From the NCBI GenBank assembly GCA_963838925.1, contig CAWISW010000002.1:64001-128000 (forward strand): DNA of 64,000 nucleotides, written 5' to 3'. This DNA is from an uncultured Nitrososphaerota archaeon (GTDB taxonomy: Archaea > Thermoproteota > Nitrososphaeria > Nitrososphaerales > Gagatemarchaeaceae). The notes beneath the pieces were generated by a model. The model saw only the letters and a program-made list of their open reading frames with translations. It ran no database searches and was not told where the DNA came from. A program made the position numbers and the translations under genes. Below, one piece after another: positions 9,939-19,114 of the stretch (position 1 is the stretch's first letter; each line of letters begins with the position of its first letter).

Positions 9939-10388
9939 GTGAAGGGAGACCTTGCCCCTCGGGGGTATAGGAGAATCCTTCTGGGGTTCGATGGCTCAGA
10001 GAACTCGAAGAGGGCGCTTGCCCGCGCGATTGGACTGGCCAAAGAGGGCGCCACTCTTCGTATCGCAGTCGTGGTTAACACCATCCTGACGGTTTACGGG
10101 CCTACCGCGCCATACTACCCGCCGGGCTACGCTGAACAGGTCATGAAGGAGGGGGAGAACATCCTAGCAACCGCAGTCAGTCAGGCTAAGGAGGCTGGCC
10201 AGAACGTCTCAGGCTCCGTGGAGGATGGTCACCCGGCCGAGGTGATACTCGATCTCGCGGAGAGCGAGGGTGCCGACCTCATCGTGCTGGGCAGGAGAGG
10301 GATTTCGGGGGTCGAGAGATTCCTCATGGGCGGCGTCTCGTCGTCTGTCGTCAATCATTCCAAGTGCGACGTATTGATAGTAAAGTGA
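9939..10388 (+). CDS. Universal stress protein (UspA family)
   Basis: ILLGFDGSENS, GHPAEVI, DLIVLGRRG...MGGVS, CDVLIVK. Confidence 0.93.
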   Translation: MKGDLAPRGYRRILLGFDGSENSKRALARAIGLAKEGATLRIAVVVNTILTVYGPTAPYYPPGYAEQVMKEGENILATAVSQAKEAGQNVSGSVEDGHPAEVILDLAESEGADLIVLGRRGISGVERFLMGGVSSSVVNHSKCDVLIVK

Positions 10389-10440
10389 GGGGAGCCTGTA
10401 AGCTTCTGCCGAAGCAGTTCAGACGAACGCCCGCGGGAAG

Positions 10441-10596
10441 ACCGCGCGGAGGAAAGAGATGGGGCCTTTGACCCTCGTCGCCCTTGGCGTAGGCGGCGTG
10501 ATTGGCTCCAGTGTCTTCGGTCTGCCGGCAACAATGGGTTTTTCAGACGAGCCTGTTACCCATGAAGGCAGTATTGCAAAGTCGCCTGTCCGATGA
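10441..10596 (+). pseudogene. Truncated remnant of an APC-family amino-acid permease (TM1 only)
   Basis: The frame from 10441 reads TARRKEMGPLTLVALGVGGVIGSSVFGLPATMG, matching the APC TM1 pattern, then degenerates to TGA at 10594-10596. Confidence 0.6.
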
Positions 10597-10612
10597 GGAA
10601 GGGGAAGCCTGA

Positions 10613-11917
10613 GTGGACACGACCGTCAGGGCAGAGTGGGACCCGCTAAATGAGGTCGTCATCCACAGGCCGGGAATCGAGATGTTCTTCGGCCTCATGG
10701 CGCCGTCCTCGTTCCTCTACGAGAGGGCCTTCAGCATGGACGAAGCCATCCACGAGCACAAAGAGCTGGAGCACGCGCTTGTCTCGTCGGGGGTGAAAGT
10801 CCATCGACTGAAGCGCCTCGCGGTGCGCCTCGCCGGCGAGAACCCGGAGCTCCTCCAGAGGGCTAGGGCGTACGCGGTCGACATAGTGAAGTTCCAGGGC
10901 CCGAGCGAGGACGTCAGAAGGGCACGGCGTGAATTCAAGAAGAGCGTGACCGACCTCGACGCTGAGACGATCTTCAACATCCTCCTGCTCAGGCCGGGCG
11001 TCGCCCTTGAGAAGAAGGGCGCGGGGGTAGTCCTTCCGCGAGTGACCCTCGACGTCCCCCTCGCGAATCTCTACTTCATGAGAGACCAGCAGGCGGTCTC
11101 TGACAGGGGCGTGCTTGTCGGTAGGATGTCGAAGCCCCAGAGGCAGATGGAGCCTCTGATCACGGCGGAGATCCTAGAGATGGCAGGCGCGAGGATCGCC
11201 TACCGCGTCAAGCCGCCAGGCACATTCGAAGGGGGCGACTTCATGCCAGCGGGCGAGTTCGCGATGCTCGGGCTCGGCGACAGGACGAACCGGAGCGGGG
11301 TCGATCAGATTCTAGGCAAGGGACTGGGGTTCGAAGAAGTTGCCGTCGTCCAGCAACCTTCCCATCCACTGATCCCCGGCGACCAGCCGGACCCCATGAT
11401 CAACATGCATCTCGACAGCTACCTGAACGTCGCTGGAAAGGGGATAGCGGTCGGGTGCGTCCCATTGCTGAAGCGCGCCAAGGTCGAGGTGTACAAGCGG
11501 ACGCCGAGGGGAGCCTACCGGCGCCAGCCTGGCGGCCCTAACATCCACGACTACCTGGTGGCCCACGGGTTCACAGTCGTGCCGATCACCACGCTCGAGC
11601 AGATGTGCTACGCCTCCAACTTCCTCTGCCTGCGAGACCGCAAGATCATGGCGGTTGAAGTGGAGAAGGTGGCGGACAAGGTCCTTAGGAACCTGGAGTT
11701 CCAATCGAGGCTCCTACCTCACCGCTACAAGAGGCTGTTCGAGGAAGCGAGGGATGAGAACGCGCGCCTCAGGGAGTCGGGCCAGTTCTTCCCCCACAAG
11801 AGAGAGTTCATCGACCTCGGCGTTGATACTACGACGCTATCGCTCGAGGAGATAACCGGAGGCTACGGCGGCGCGCATTGCATGACCTGCGTCCTGAGCA
11901 GAAAGCAGAATAGCTAG
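10613..11917 (+). CDS. arcA: Arginine deiminase
   Basis: VVIHRPG, NLYFMRDQ, FEGGD, MHLD and GGAHCMT: the catalytic Asp, His and Cys are all present. Confidence 0.9.
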   Translation: MDTTVRAEWDPLNEVVIHRPGIEMFFGLMAPSSFLYERAFSMDEAIHEHKELEHALVSSGVKVHRLKRLAVRLAGENPELLQRARAYAVDIVKFQGPSEDVRRARREFKKSVTDLDAETIFNILLLRPGVALEKKGAGVVLPRVTLDVPLANLYFMRDQQAVSDRGVLVGRMSKPQRQMEPLITAEILEMAGARIAYRVKPPGTFEGGDFMPAGEFAMLGLGDRTNRSGVDQILGKGLGFEEVAVVQQPSHPLIPGDQPDPMINMHLDSYLNVAGKGIAVGCVPLLKRAKVEVYKRTPRGAYRRQPGGPNIHDYLVAHGFTVVPITTLEQMCYASNFLCLRDRKIMAVEVEKVADKVLRNLEFQSRLLPHRYKRLFEEARDENARLRESGQFFPHKREFIDLGVDTTTLSLEEITGGYGGAHCMTCVLSRKQNS

Positions 11918-12057
11918 GATCGCGGTCAGCGACGCCGTAGGTGAGATACGGGCATCTCTCACACCGCGGTTGGACCCACCGAATGGCGAGCTTTCTCAAG
12001 GATGAGAAACGACAGAGCGGCTTATATTGCGACCGTGCCGCTAGAATCGGAAGACAA

Positions 12058-13311
12058 TTGCCGAGGTCGCTCGGGTCTGACATTGACGAAGCCAACAAGA
12101 AGGCGGTTGCCCGGATTATAGCCGCTGAGGCGGTTCTTGTAGACCTCAAGCCCGCCATAAAGGCCATCCCTGGATACAAGAGCGACCTGATCACTCACGC
12201 GGGCCCCCCGATCGAGTGGGGCAAGATGATCAGGGTGCAGAAGGTTGCGGTGATGAACGCCATCAGGGCCGAGGGCCTTGCCGACACGCCTGATCGAGCA
12301 GAGCGCCTGGTCAAGACCGGAGAGGTCAGACTGGAGCCCAACCACAACTATGGGAACGTCAGCGGGATGTGCGGAGTGACCTCGGCGTCCAGCCCCGTGC
12401 TCGTGTTCAAGGACAAGGTCCACGGGAACACCTCCACCGATTGGATGCAGACAGACCTCACGTCATTCGCCGACAAGTACGAGAGGGGCATCAAGGAGGT
12501 CGAGTTCGTCAAGAAGACCCTTGCCCCGGTGATGGCAGCCACCATCAAGCAAGCGGGGGGTTTCAACATCAAGGAGCTCTTGGCGAAGGGGTTGACCATG
12601 GGGGATGAGCTTCACGGCTCGTTTGACGCCACCCGGGGCGTGTTCATGAACTGGATTCTCCCGCACATAGTCAGGACGGGGTTCCCGAAGGAGACGCTCG
12701 GGAAGGTCGGAGACTACTTCATGGGGAACGGGGGCAGGTGGTACTGCGGCAACCTGATGATGGGGGCGTGCAAGGTGATGATGGACGCCGCCAAGGGAGT
12801 AAAGTCTAGCACCATTGTGACCGCGATGGCAAGGAACGGCGTCGACTTCGGCGTCAAGGTGAGCGCCTTGGGCGACAGGTGGTTCACCGGCCCTGCGGGA
12901 GAGATCAAAGGCTTCATCTTCCCGGGGTTCAGCGCGGCCGACGCTGCGCCGGACATCGGAGACAGCGCAATCTCCGAGTCGAGAGGCCTCGGTGGGACCG
13001 CGCTCTCGGCTTCTCCGTCTCAGGCGAGGCTCTTCGGGGGGGCGCTGCAAGAGGCGGTGCAGCACACCCGCGCTATGCGAAAGGTCTCGATCATAGAGGA
13101 CCCTCTCTTCCGCATCCCCTACATGGATTTCGTGGGCGTCCCGCTGGGCATCGACATCCGCAAGGTGGTGGAGCTGAACACCGCTCCGAGAATCGACACT
13201 GGAATAGCACACAAGGACGGAGGCCACGGCATCATAGGCACGGGCATCGCGGACGCGCCGATGGCCGCGTTCAAGAAGGCGGTCGCGGCCTTCGCCTCAG
13301 AGTACGCATAG
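12058..13311 (+). CDS. YlbE/YahG (DUF1116) family protein, AllG-like carbamoyltransferase subunit
   Basis: IDEANKKAV, THAGPPI.W, GLTMGDELH, TAMARNG..FG, PDIGDSAISE..GLGG, IDTGIAHK..G.G.IG.G. TTG 12058 lies downstream of a TATA-like box near 12022; the track start is 11941. Confidence 0.85.
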   Translation: MPRSLGSDIDEANKKAVARIIAAEAVLVDLKPAIKAIPGYKSDLITHAGPPIEWGKMIRVQKVAVMNAIRAEGLADTPDRAERLVKTGEVRLEPNHNYGNVSGMCGVTSASSPVLVFKDKVHGNTSTDWMQTDLTSFADKYERGIKEVEFVKKTLAPVMAATIKQAGGFNIKELLAKGLTMGDELHGSFDATRGVFMNWILPHIVRTGFPKETLGKVGDYFMGNGGRWYCGNLMMGACKVMMDAAKGVKSSTIVTAMARNGVDFGVKVSALGDRWFTGPAGEIKGFIFPGFSAADAAPDIGDSAISESRGLGGTALSASPSQARLFGGALQEAVQHTRAMRKVSIIEDPLFRIPYMDFVGVPLGIDIRKVVELNTAPRIDTGIAHKDGGHGIIGTGIADAPMAAFKKAVAAFASEYA

Positions 13312-13321
13312 CCGCGCGAGG

Positions 13322-14365
13322 ATGGGGCATCTCATGGCGCAGGTGTCGACGGGAAAGTTACTTCCCTACCTGCTCGGAGTCATCGCGTCGCTGGCGCTTT
13401 TCTCAGTCATCCTGTCGGCTTTCGGGTACAGCCCCGTGTCGAGCATGGAGGGGCTCGTGTCGGGGTCGTTCGGAACGCCCTTCCTCGCCTCTGAGACGTT
13501 CTTCCTGATGGGGCCGCTGCTGCTCGCCGCCCTCGCGTTCCTCGTGCCGTTCAGGGCCCGGTTTTACAACATCGGGGTGGAAGGTCAGCTCTACATCGGC
13601 GCGCTCTTCGGGTACCTTGCGGCCTCACACCTCGGAGGCTTCCCCAGCGCGTTCGCAATCCCGGTGATGCTGTTGGCCGCGGTCGCTGGAGGGACGCTCT
13701 GGCTCGCGCTCCCGCTCTTTATGAGAATCAAGCTCCAGGTGAACGAGATATTCCCCACGCTCGTCATGAATTTCATCGCCCTGGACGTGGTGAATTGGCT
13801 CACGGCAGGACCGCTCAAGGACCCCCTGTCTGGGAACCTCCAGACCCCCGCCCTGCCGCAGTCGACCTGGCTCCCCGCTCTCATCAAGAGCACCCAACTC
13901 AACGTGGGGGTCATAGTCGCCCTGGCGGGGGCAATCGCGGTCTACTTTGTCCTATACAAGACGGTTCTGGGTTACGAGATCAGGGCGTCCGGAGCGAGCC
14001 CTAGAGCGGCGCAGAGCGGGGGCATAAGCGTCTCGAGGAGCATTCTCGCTGTGGGGCTGATGAGCGGGGCCCTCGCGGGCCTGGCGGGCATCGTGGTGGT
14101 GGCTGGCGTCGATCACGTGCTAGCGCAGAACTTCTCACCCGGATACGGCTATCAGGGAATCTCCGTGGCCGCCCTAGGCTCGTTCCACCCGTTGGGCATA
14201 GTCGTCGCCTCCGTGCTCTACGCGGCACTGTCAGTTGGTGGCGGGAGCCTGCAGCAAAGCGCCGCGGCGATACCGATTGACCTGATCTACGCCCTGCAGG
14301 CGATAATAGTGTTGTCTGTCCTGGTCGTCGAGAAGTGGATCGGCGACAGGGCGAGGAGGCGCTGA
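13322..14365 (+). CDS. ABC transporter permease 1 (nucleoside/BMP-type)
   Basis: YNIGVEGQLYIG, GYEIRASG..P.AA, GYGYQGISVA. Confidence 0.9.
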   Translation: MGHLMAQVSTGKLLPYLLGVIASLALFSVILSAFGYSPVSSMEGLVSGSFGTPFLASETFFLMGPLLLAALAFLVPFRARFYNIGVEGQLYIGALFGYLAASHLGGFPSAFAIPVMLLAAVAGGTLWLALPLFMRIKLQVNEIFPTLVMNFIALDVVNWLTAGPLKDPLSGNLQTPALPQSTWLPALIKSTQLNVGVIVALAGAIAVYFVLYKTVLGYEIRASGASPRAAQSGGISVSRSILAVGLMSGALAGLAGIVVVAGVDHVLAQNFSPGYGYQGISVAALGSFHPLGIVVASVLYAALSVGGGSLQQSAAAIPIDLIYALQAIIVLSVLVVEKWIGDRARRR

Positions 14366-14370
14366 CGAGG

Positions 14371-15315
14371 ATGGTTTCCTACGGCGACCTCATCATATCG
14401 ATTCTGGCAGCCAGCCTCCCCTTGACGATGCCCATTCTCTATGCATCAATCGGCGAAGTGTACGCCGAGAGGTCAGGCGTGCTAAACATGGGCATCGAGG
14501 GCGTGATGAGCCTGTCTGCGTTCGTCTCGCTTTGGGTCACCTTCTCGACGGGGTCATATCTCTATGGGCTTCTTGCAGGAGTGGCCGTCGGGGCGGCGAT
14601 GGGTCTCCTTCACTCATTCGCAACGGTCAGGATAGGAATCAACCAGCTAATCGCGGGGCTCATGATATACTTCCTGGCGCTTTCTTTGGGCGATTTCGGA
14701 TACGTGATAGTGACGAAGACCACCTATCTGCACGTACGCCCGATATCACCCGTGCAGATCCCCCTGCTGAGCGGTCTTCCTGTCGTGGGGCCTATCCTGT
14801 TCAGCCAGAACGTCCTGGTCTATGCTTCGTTCGCGTCGGCCATACTGCTGGGTTGGGTCCTCTACAAGACAACGTGGGGCCTGAAGATCAGGGCGGTGGG
14901 AGAGAACCCCGAAGCCGCCGACTCGGCGGGAGTCAACGTCAATCTTGTCAGGCACTTGTGCGTGATCCTTGGCGCTACTCTTGCCGGACTGGCGGGGGCG
15001 TCCCTCGTCCTTGGCTACCTCGGCCTCTACGCGACAGGGGACACACTCGTGGCAGGGCGTGGGTGGATTGCAATCGTCGTCGTGATCTTCGGAAGATGGA
15101 GCCCCTACAAGGCAATCGTGGGGGCGTGGGTCTTCGGGCTAGGATACTCGATAGCCGCGGTGTTCATCGGCTCGGGCCTGTTCTCCAGCCTCGGACCTGG
15201 GTCAGGGTACTTCCTGCTGGCGATACCGTACATCTTCGCGATAGTCTTCATAATCCTCTTCCACAGGGGAACCAAATCCCCCTCGTCCCTTACGGTTCCC
15301 TACAAGCGGAAGTAG
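14371..15315 (+). CDS. ABC transporter permease 2 (nucleoside/BMP-type)
   Basis: ERSGVLNMGIEG, GLKIRAVGENP.AA, GRGWIAI. Confidence 0.9.
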   Translation: MVSYGDLIISILAASLPLTMPILYASIGEVYAERSGVLNMGIEGVMSLSAFVSLWVTFSTGSYLYGLLAGVAVGAAMGLLHSFATVRIGINQLIAGLMIYFLALSLGDFGYVIVTKTTYLHVRPISPVQIPLLSGLPVVGPILFSQNVLVYASFASAILLGWVLYKTTWGLKIRAVGENPEAADSAGVNVNLVRHLCVILGATLAGLAGASLVLGYLGLYATGDTLVAGRGWIAIVVVIFGRWSPYKAIVGAWVFGLGYSIAAVFIGSGLFSSLGPGSGYFLLAIPYIFAIVFIILFHRGTKSPSSLTVPYKRK

Positions 15316-15413
15316 GGGCCGAAACATCGGTTCTCTGCGTTCTCATGGATGGAAATCGTATCCGCGGTATATATAGCGACGAGACGCTATAGCCCGCAAG
15401 GAGAAGATACCAT

Positions 15414-16517
15414 ATGCGCACAGAAGACAGGGTGGCAATCACGACGACGGCCGTGGCTGCGATAGTGATAGTAATCCTAGTAGTGGCGGTGGCCGGCACG
15501 GTGGTTCTCACAAGCAAGACAAGCACAACCACAGTTACGTCAGTCAGCACAACAACAGCGATGAGCACAAGCACAACGCCAACTTCGCACTTCAAGCTCG
15601 CGCTTCTCGTCGGTGGAGACACGACAGACGATGGCCTGAACGACCAAGGCGTCCAGGTCGCCCAATGGATCGGATCTCATTACGGCTGGAACGTCTCGAT
15701 CTCACAGGACGTCGCCTACTCTAGCCAGGGCGCACTTATGACGACCTACGCGCAGCAAGGCTACAACGTGATATGGACAGACGGAAATCAGTTCATCGGG
15801 ACCACCGAGGCAATCGCAGCTCAATTCCCCAAGGTCGACTTCATCATGACGCCGACATACGACTATGACAACATCACCAAGAACGTCGTGGCACTCGGCG
15901 CCCAAAACCAGGCCACAGGCTACTACTTGGCGGGCGTCCTTTCGGGCAAGATGACGAAGACAAACGCCGTAGGCGTCGTAATCGGCCAATGGTTCGCGGC
16001 TCTCTCGTATGAGTTCTTCGCGTATCAGGCCGGCGTGAAGGCCGCAAACCCATCAGCCCAGGTATACCTCACAGTCCCAGGAACATGGAGTGACCCAACC
16101 ATCGGCTACGAAGATGCGACTACCATGATCAACACGAATCATGTAGACATCCTCGTCCCAATAGCGGACACCACCGGACTCGGAGTGATCTCTGCAGCGA
16201 CGGTCACGAACACCACACTAATCGGCACGGTCCTTGACCAAGTCGACCTATCGCCGACCGACATGATGACGAGCGTCCTCTTGAACATGACCGCATTCAT
16301 ACAGCCAGTCATCGAGCACATCATCGACGGCACATGGAGCCAAATCGGAGGCACGATCGAGAACTTGAACCTAGGCTCGCTCGCGCCCTTCCACGCCTAC
16401 GACACCGTAATCCCGACATCTGTGAAGACTCTGCTCAACCAGACCCAAGCAGGAATCGTAGCAGGCACAATCCAGGTCCCCTTCAACAACACGTCGAGCC
16501 CTCCGACCACGCCCTAG
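15414..16517 (+). CDS. BMP-family ABC substrate-binding protein
   Basis: N-terminal anchor and Thr-rich linker, then DDGLN, GYYLAG..SGKMTKTNAVG, GVKAANP, GTWSDP. Confidence 0.88.
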   Translation: MRTEDRVAITTTAVAAIVIVILVVAVAGTVVLTSKTSTTTVTSVSTTTAMSTSTTPTSHFKLALLVGGDTTDDGLNDQGVQVAQWIGSHYGWNVSISQDVAYSSQGALMTTYAQQGYNVIWTDGNQFIGTTEAIAAQFPKVDFIMTPTYDYDNITKNVVALGAQNQATGYYLAGVLSGKMTKTNAVGVVIGQWFAALSYEFFAYQAGVKAANPSAQVYLTVPGTWSDPTIGYEDATTMINTNHVDILVPIADTTGLGVISAATVTNTTLIGTVLDQVDLSPTDMMTSVLLNMTAFIQPVIEHIIDGTWSQIGGTIENLNLGSLAPFHAYDTVIPTSVKTLLNQTQAGIVAGTIQVPFNNTSSPPTTP

Positions 16518-16529
16518 TCAGGCGTTCGC

Positions 16530-16552
16530 GGGAGGGTTCCCCTTCCTTTTTT
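16530..16552 (+). terminator. Hairpin plus U-tract after the substrate-binding protein gene
   Basis: GGGAGGG-TTC-CCCTTCC followed by TTTTTT. Confidence 0.55.
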
Positions 16553-16589
16553 ATCCGAGAGGGTTGACCAGCAGCTGAGTGCTACCTCT

Positions 16590-18122
16590 TTGCCACGAGC
16601 GTCATCAACCATCCCCTTGATCGAGATGAAGGGGATCACGAAGAGTTTCTCAGGGGTCGTGGCCAACAACTCAATCGACTTCGCCATATACGGGGGCGAG
16701 GTCCAAGCCCTACTTGGCGAAAACGGAGCCGGCAAGACCACGCTGATGAACATCCTCTATGGGCTCTACAGAGCCGACTCAGGTGAGGTCCTGGTCCGCG
16801 GAGAAAGCGTCGCGATAGAGTCTCCCAAGGACGCCATCGCATTGAAGATCGCGATGGTCCACCAGCACTTCCAGCTTATCCCGACCCTCACTGTCGCAGA
16901 GAACGTCGGGCTAGGGCTCAAGGCCAAGAGGGAGCCGCTGCTGAACCTCGACGACGTCGTCAGCAAGATAAACGAGCTCGCGAAGGAATACGGGCTCCGC
17001 GTCACTCCGAAGGCGCTGGTCGCACAACTCTCAGTGGGCGAGAGGCAGAGGGTTGAGATAATCAAGGCGCTCTACCGTGAGCCGGACACGCTGATTCTCG
17101 ACGAGCCCACCTCCGTTCTGACTCCCCAGGAGGCCGAGGGCCTCTTCCACTTCATGCGCTCAATGGCCGCCGAGGGACGGGCAGTCGTCGTGATCACGCA
17201 CAAGCTTCCGGAAGTCATGGCAGTGAGCGACAGAGTGACGGTCCTGAGGCACGGAGAGGTCGTCGCCCGGCTCATGACCAAAGAAACCAACCCCAACGAG
17301 CTCGCAGAAAAGATGGTCGGCAGGGACGTCCCGCATGTAGAGGGAGAGCCTGCGCGAGAGCGCTCAGAGGTCGCGGCCATCGAAGTCAGGCAGGTTTCTG
17401 CCTTGAACGACAAGGGCGCGCTCGCCCTTGACAAGATATCGTTCACATTGCGGGCGGGCGAGATCCTCGGGATAGCCGGCGTGGCTGGCAACGGCCAGAC
17501 GGAGCTGGCCGACGTCCTCACCGGGATGAAGAAGGTCACCGGCGGGAAGGTCCTGCTGAAGGATGCCGATGTCACGAACGCCTCGCCGCGGGAGATGATA
17601 GCGCGCGGGGTAGGTCAGATACCTGAGGACAGGATGGGCTCCGGCCTGGTGCTCGACATGTCCATTGCTGAAAACCTCGTGCTCGAGGTGAGGAACGACC
17701 CGAGATTCGAGAAGAGGTATATGCTGGACAGCGAACAGGTCCACCAGAACGCCGAGCGCCTCGTCGAGGAGTACTCGATCTCTTGCGGTGGAGTGGACGC
17801 CCCCGCCCGGACCTTGTCAGGAGGAAACATGCAGAAGCTCATTCTAGCCAAGGTCTTGTCCAGGAGCCCAAAGGTCTTGATTGCAGCGCAGCCGACTTCA
17901 GGTCTCGACGTAGGTGCGACCGAGTTCATCACCGAGAAGCTCCGGGAACAGCGGAGGCTGGGGGTGGGAATATTGCTGATCTCCAGCGACCTAAACGAGA
18001 TCATGTCGATGAGCGACAGGATTGCCTGCATATTCGAGGGGAAGATAATGGGAATCGTTCCTGCCAAGACGGCGGAGATGAAGGAGATCGGCCTGATGAT
18101 GGGGGGCGTCTTGAAGCCATGA
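16590..18122 (+). CDS. ABC transporter ATP-binding protein with two NBDs (CUT2 type)
   Basis: GENGAGKT, LSVGERQ, LILDEPT, GVAGNGQ, LSGGNMQK. Confidence 0.93.
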   Translation: MPRASSTIPLIEMKGITKSFSGVVANNSIDFAIYGGEVQALLGENGAGKTTLMNILYGLYRADSGEVLVRGESVAIESPKDAIALKIAMVHQHFQLIPTLTVAENVGLGLKAKREPLLNLDDVVSKINELAKEYGLRVTPKALVAQLSVGERQRVEIIKALYREPDTLILDEPTSVLTPQEAEGLFHFMRSMAAEGRAVVVITHKLPEVMAVSDRVTVLRHGEVVARLMTKETNPNELAEKMVGRDVPHVEGEPARERSEVAAIEVRQVSALNDKGALALDKISFTLRAGEILGIAGVAGNGQTELADVLTGMKKVTGGKVLLKDADVTNASPREMIARGVGQIPEDRMGSGLVLDMSIAENLVLEVRNDPRFEKRYMLDSEQVHQNAERLVEEYSISCGGVDAPARTLSGGNMQKLILAKVLSRSPKVLIAAQPTSGLDVGATEFITEKLREQRRLGVGILLISSDLNEIMSMSDRIACIFEGKIMGIVPAKTAEMKEIGLMMGGVLKP

Positions 18123-19114
18123 GCTCAATCTCGAAACCGCTCAGCGACATGCCAACCCATCCGATGACATCCTTGACATCAGCATCATCGGTCGGATCGA
18201 CTGCCCACTCACGCCTCTCGCTGGGGGGAAAAGGAAGCATAGTCGGCATGTTCTACCGAGCAATCAACATGGCGCTCCCGCAGGGACTTGTCTGCTTGGT
18301 TACAGAGGGGGTAGGGCGAGGCCCCCTTAACGTCGTTGTAGGGCTGCCCCCGGGAATCCCAGACATGCTCTCGCTAGGCGTGCGAGTCGGAGACGAAGTC
18401 AGTGTCCACAAGATGACTCTGGAGCTCGGAAGTCGCTACCAGATCTCGCTCGACTCCACGATCGTCTTCTCCCCCGATGCCAATCTTGGGGTGGGAGAGC
18501 TCGAGGGTAGCAAGGTCGCGGCCAACATCGAGGTGATGAGGACTATGGCGCTGGAGCAAGGGAACCTGGGAGGTCTAGGAGGGTTGCTGGCACTGCTCCA
18601 ACCGAGAGCCGGAGGAGAAGCACCCCTGCTCAACATCTTCGCCCAAGCCGCTCTCCCCTCAATCGTCAAGCTCGAGCGCGCCTTCGTCTCTTCGGACGGC
18701 AAGATGCTCACCGAGGCTGTCCGCGGGCTCGTAGGCCTGGGGCCAGGGCTGACCCCGTCCTCCGACGACGCGCTGGCAGGGATTGCACTAGTGTGCTCCC
18801 TCTGCTCCGGTTCTATCGGGGAGGCGAGATACGCCTTCAGGCTCCTATCTGACGCCGTGGTCTCGGAGTCGCGCGGCAGGACGACGACGCTCAGCGAGGA
18901 GTACCTCGCGCAGGCCGCCGTGGGAAGGGGCAACGAGCCTGCCCTGAGGCTGTGCAAAGCGCTTCTAACGGGAGGACGCGAGTCTGTCGAGCTGGAGACG
19001 GCACACGTAATGGCGATTGGCGAGACCTCAGGCACAGACACAATCCTCGGAGTCATCCTGGGCGCGATGCTCTGCACGGGCATGAAGTCGGGACTAGACC
19101 GGAGGGAGAACTGA
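18119..19114 (+). CDS. YlbF (DUF2877) family protein, AllH-like
   Basis: LVGLGPGLTPSSDD..AG, RTT.LS, IGETSGTD..LG. ATG overlaps the ATPase stop codon. Confidence 0.85.
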   Translation: MSSISKPLSDMPTHPMTSLTSASSVGSTAHSRLSLGGKGSIVGMFYRAINMALPQGLVCLVTEGVGRGPLNVVVGLPPGIPDMLSLGVRVGDEVSVHKMTLELGSRYQISLDSTIVFSPDANLGVGELEGSKVAANIEVMRTMALEQGNLGGLGGLLALLQPRAGGEAPLLNIFAQAALPSIVKLERAFVSSDGKMLTEAVRGLVGLGPGLTPSSDDALAGIALVCSLCSGSIGEARYAFRLLSDAVVSESRGRTTTLSEEYLAQAAVGRGNEPALRLCKALLTGGRESVELETAHVMAIGETSGTDTILGVILGAMLCTGMKSGLDRREN

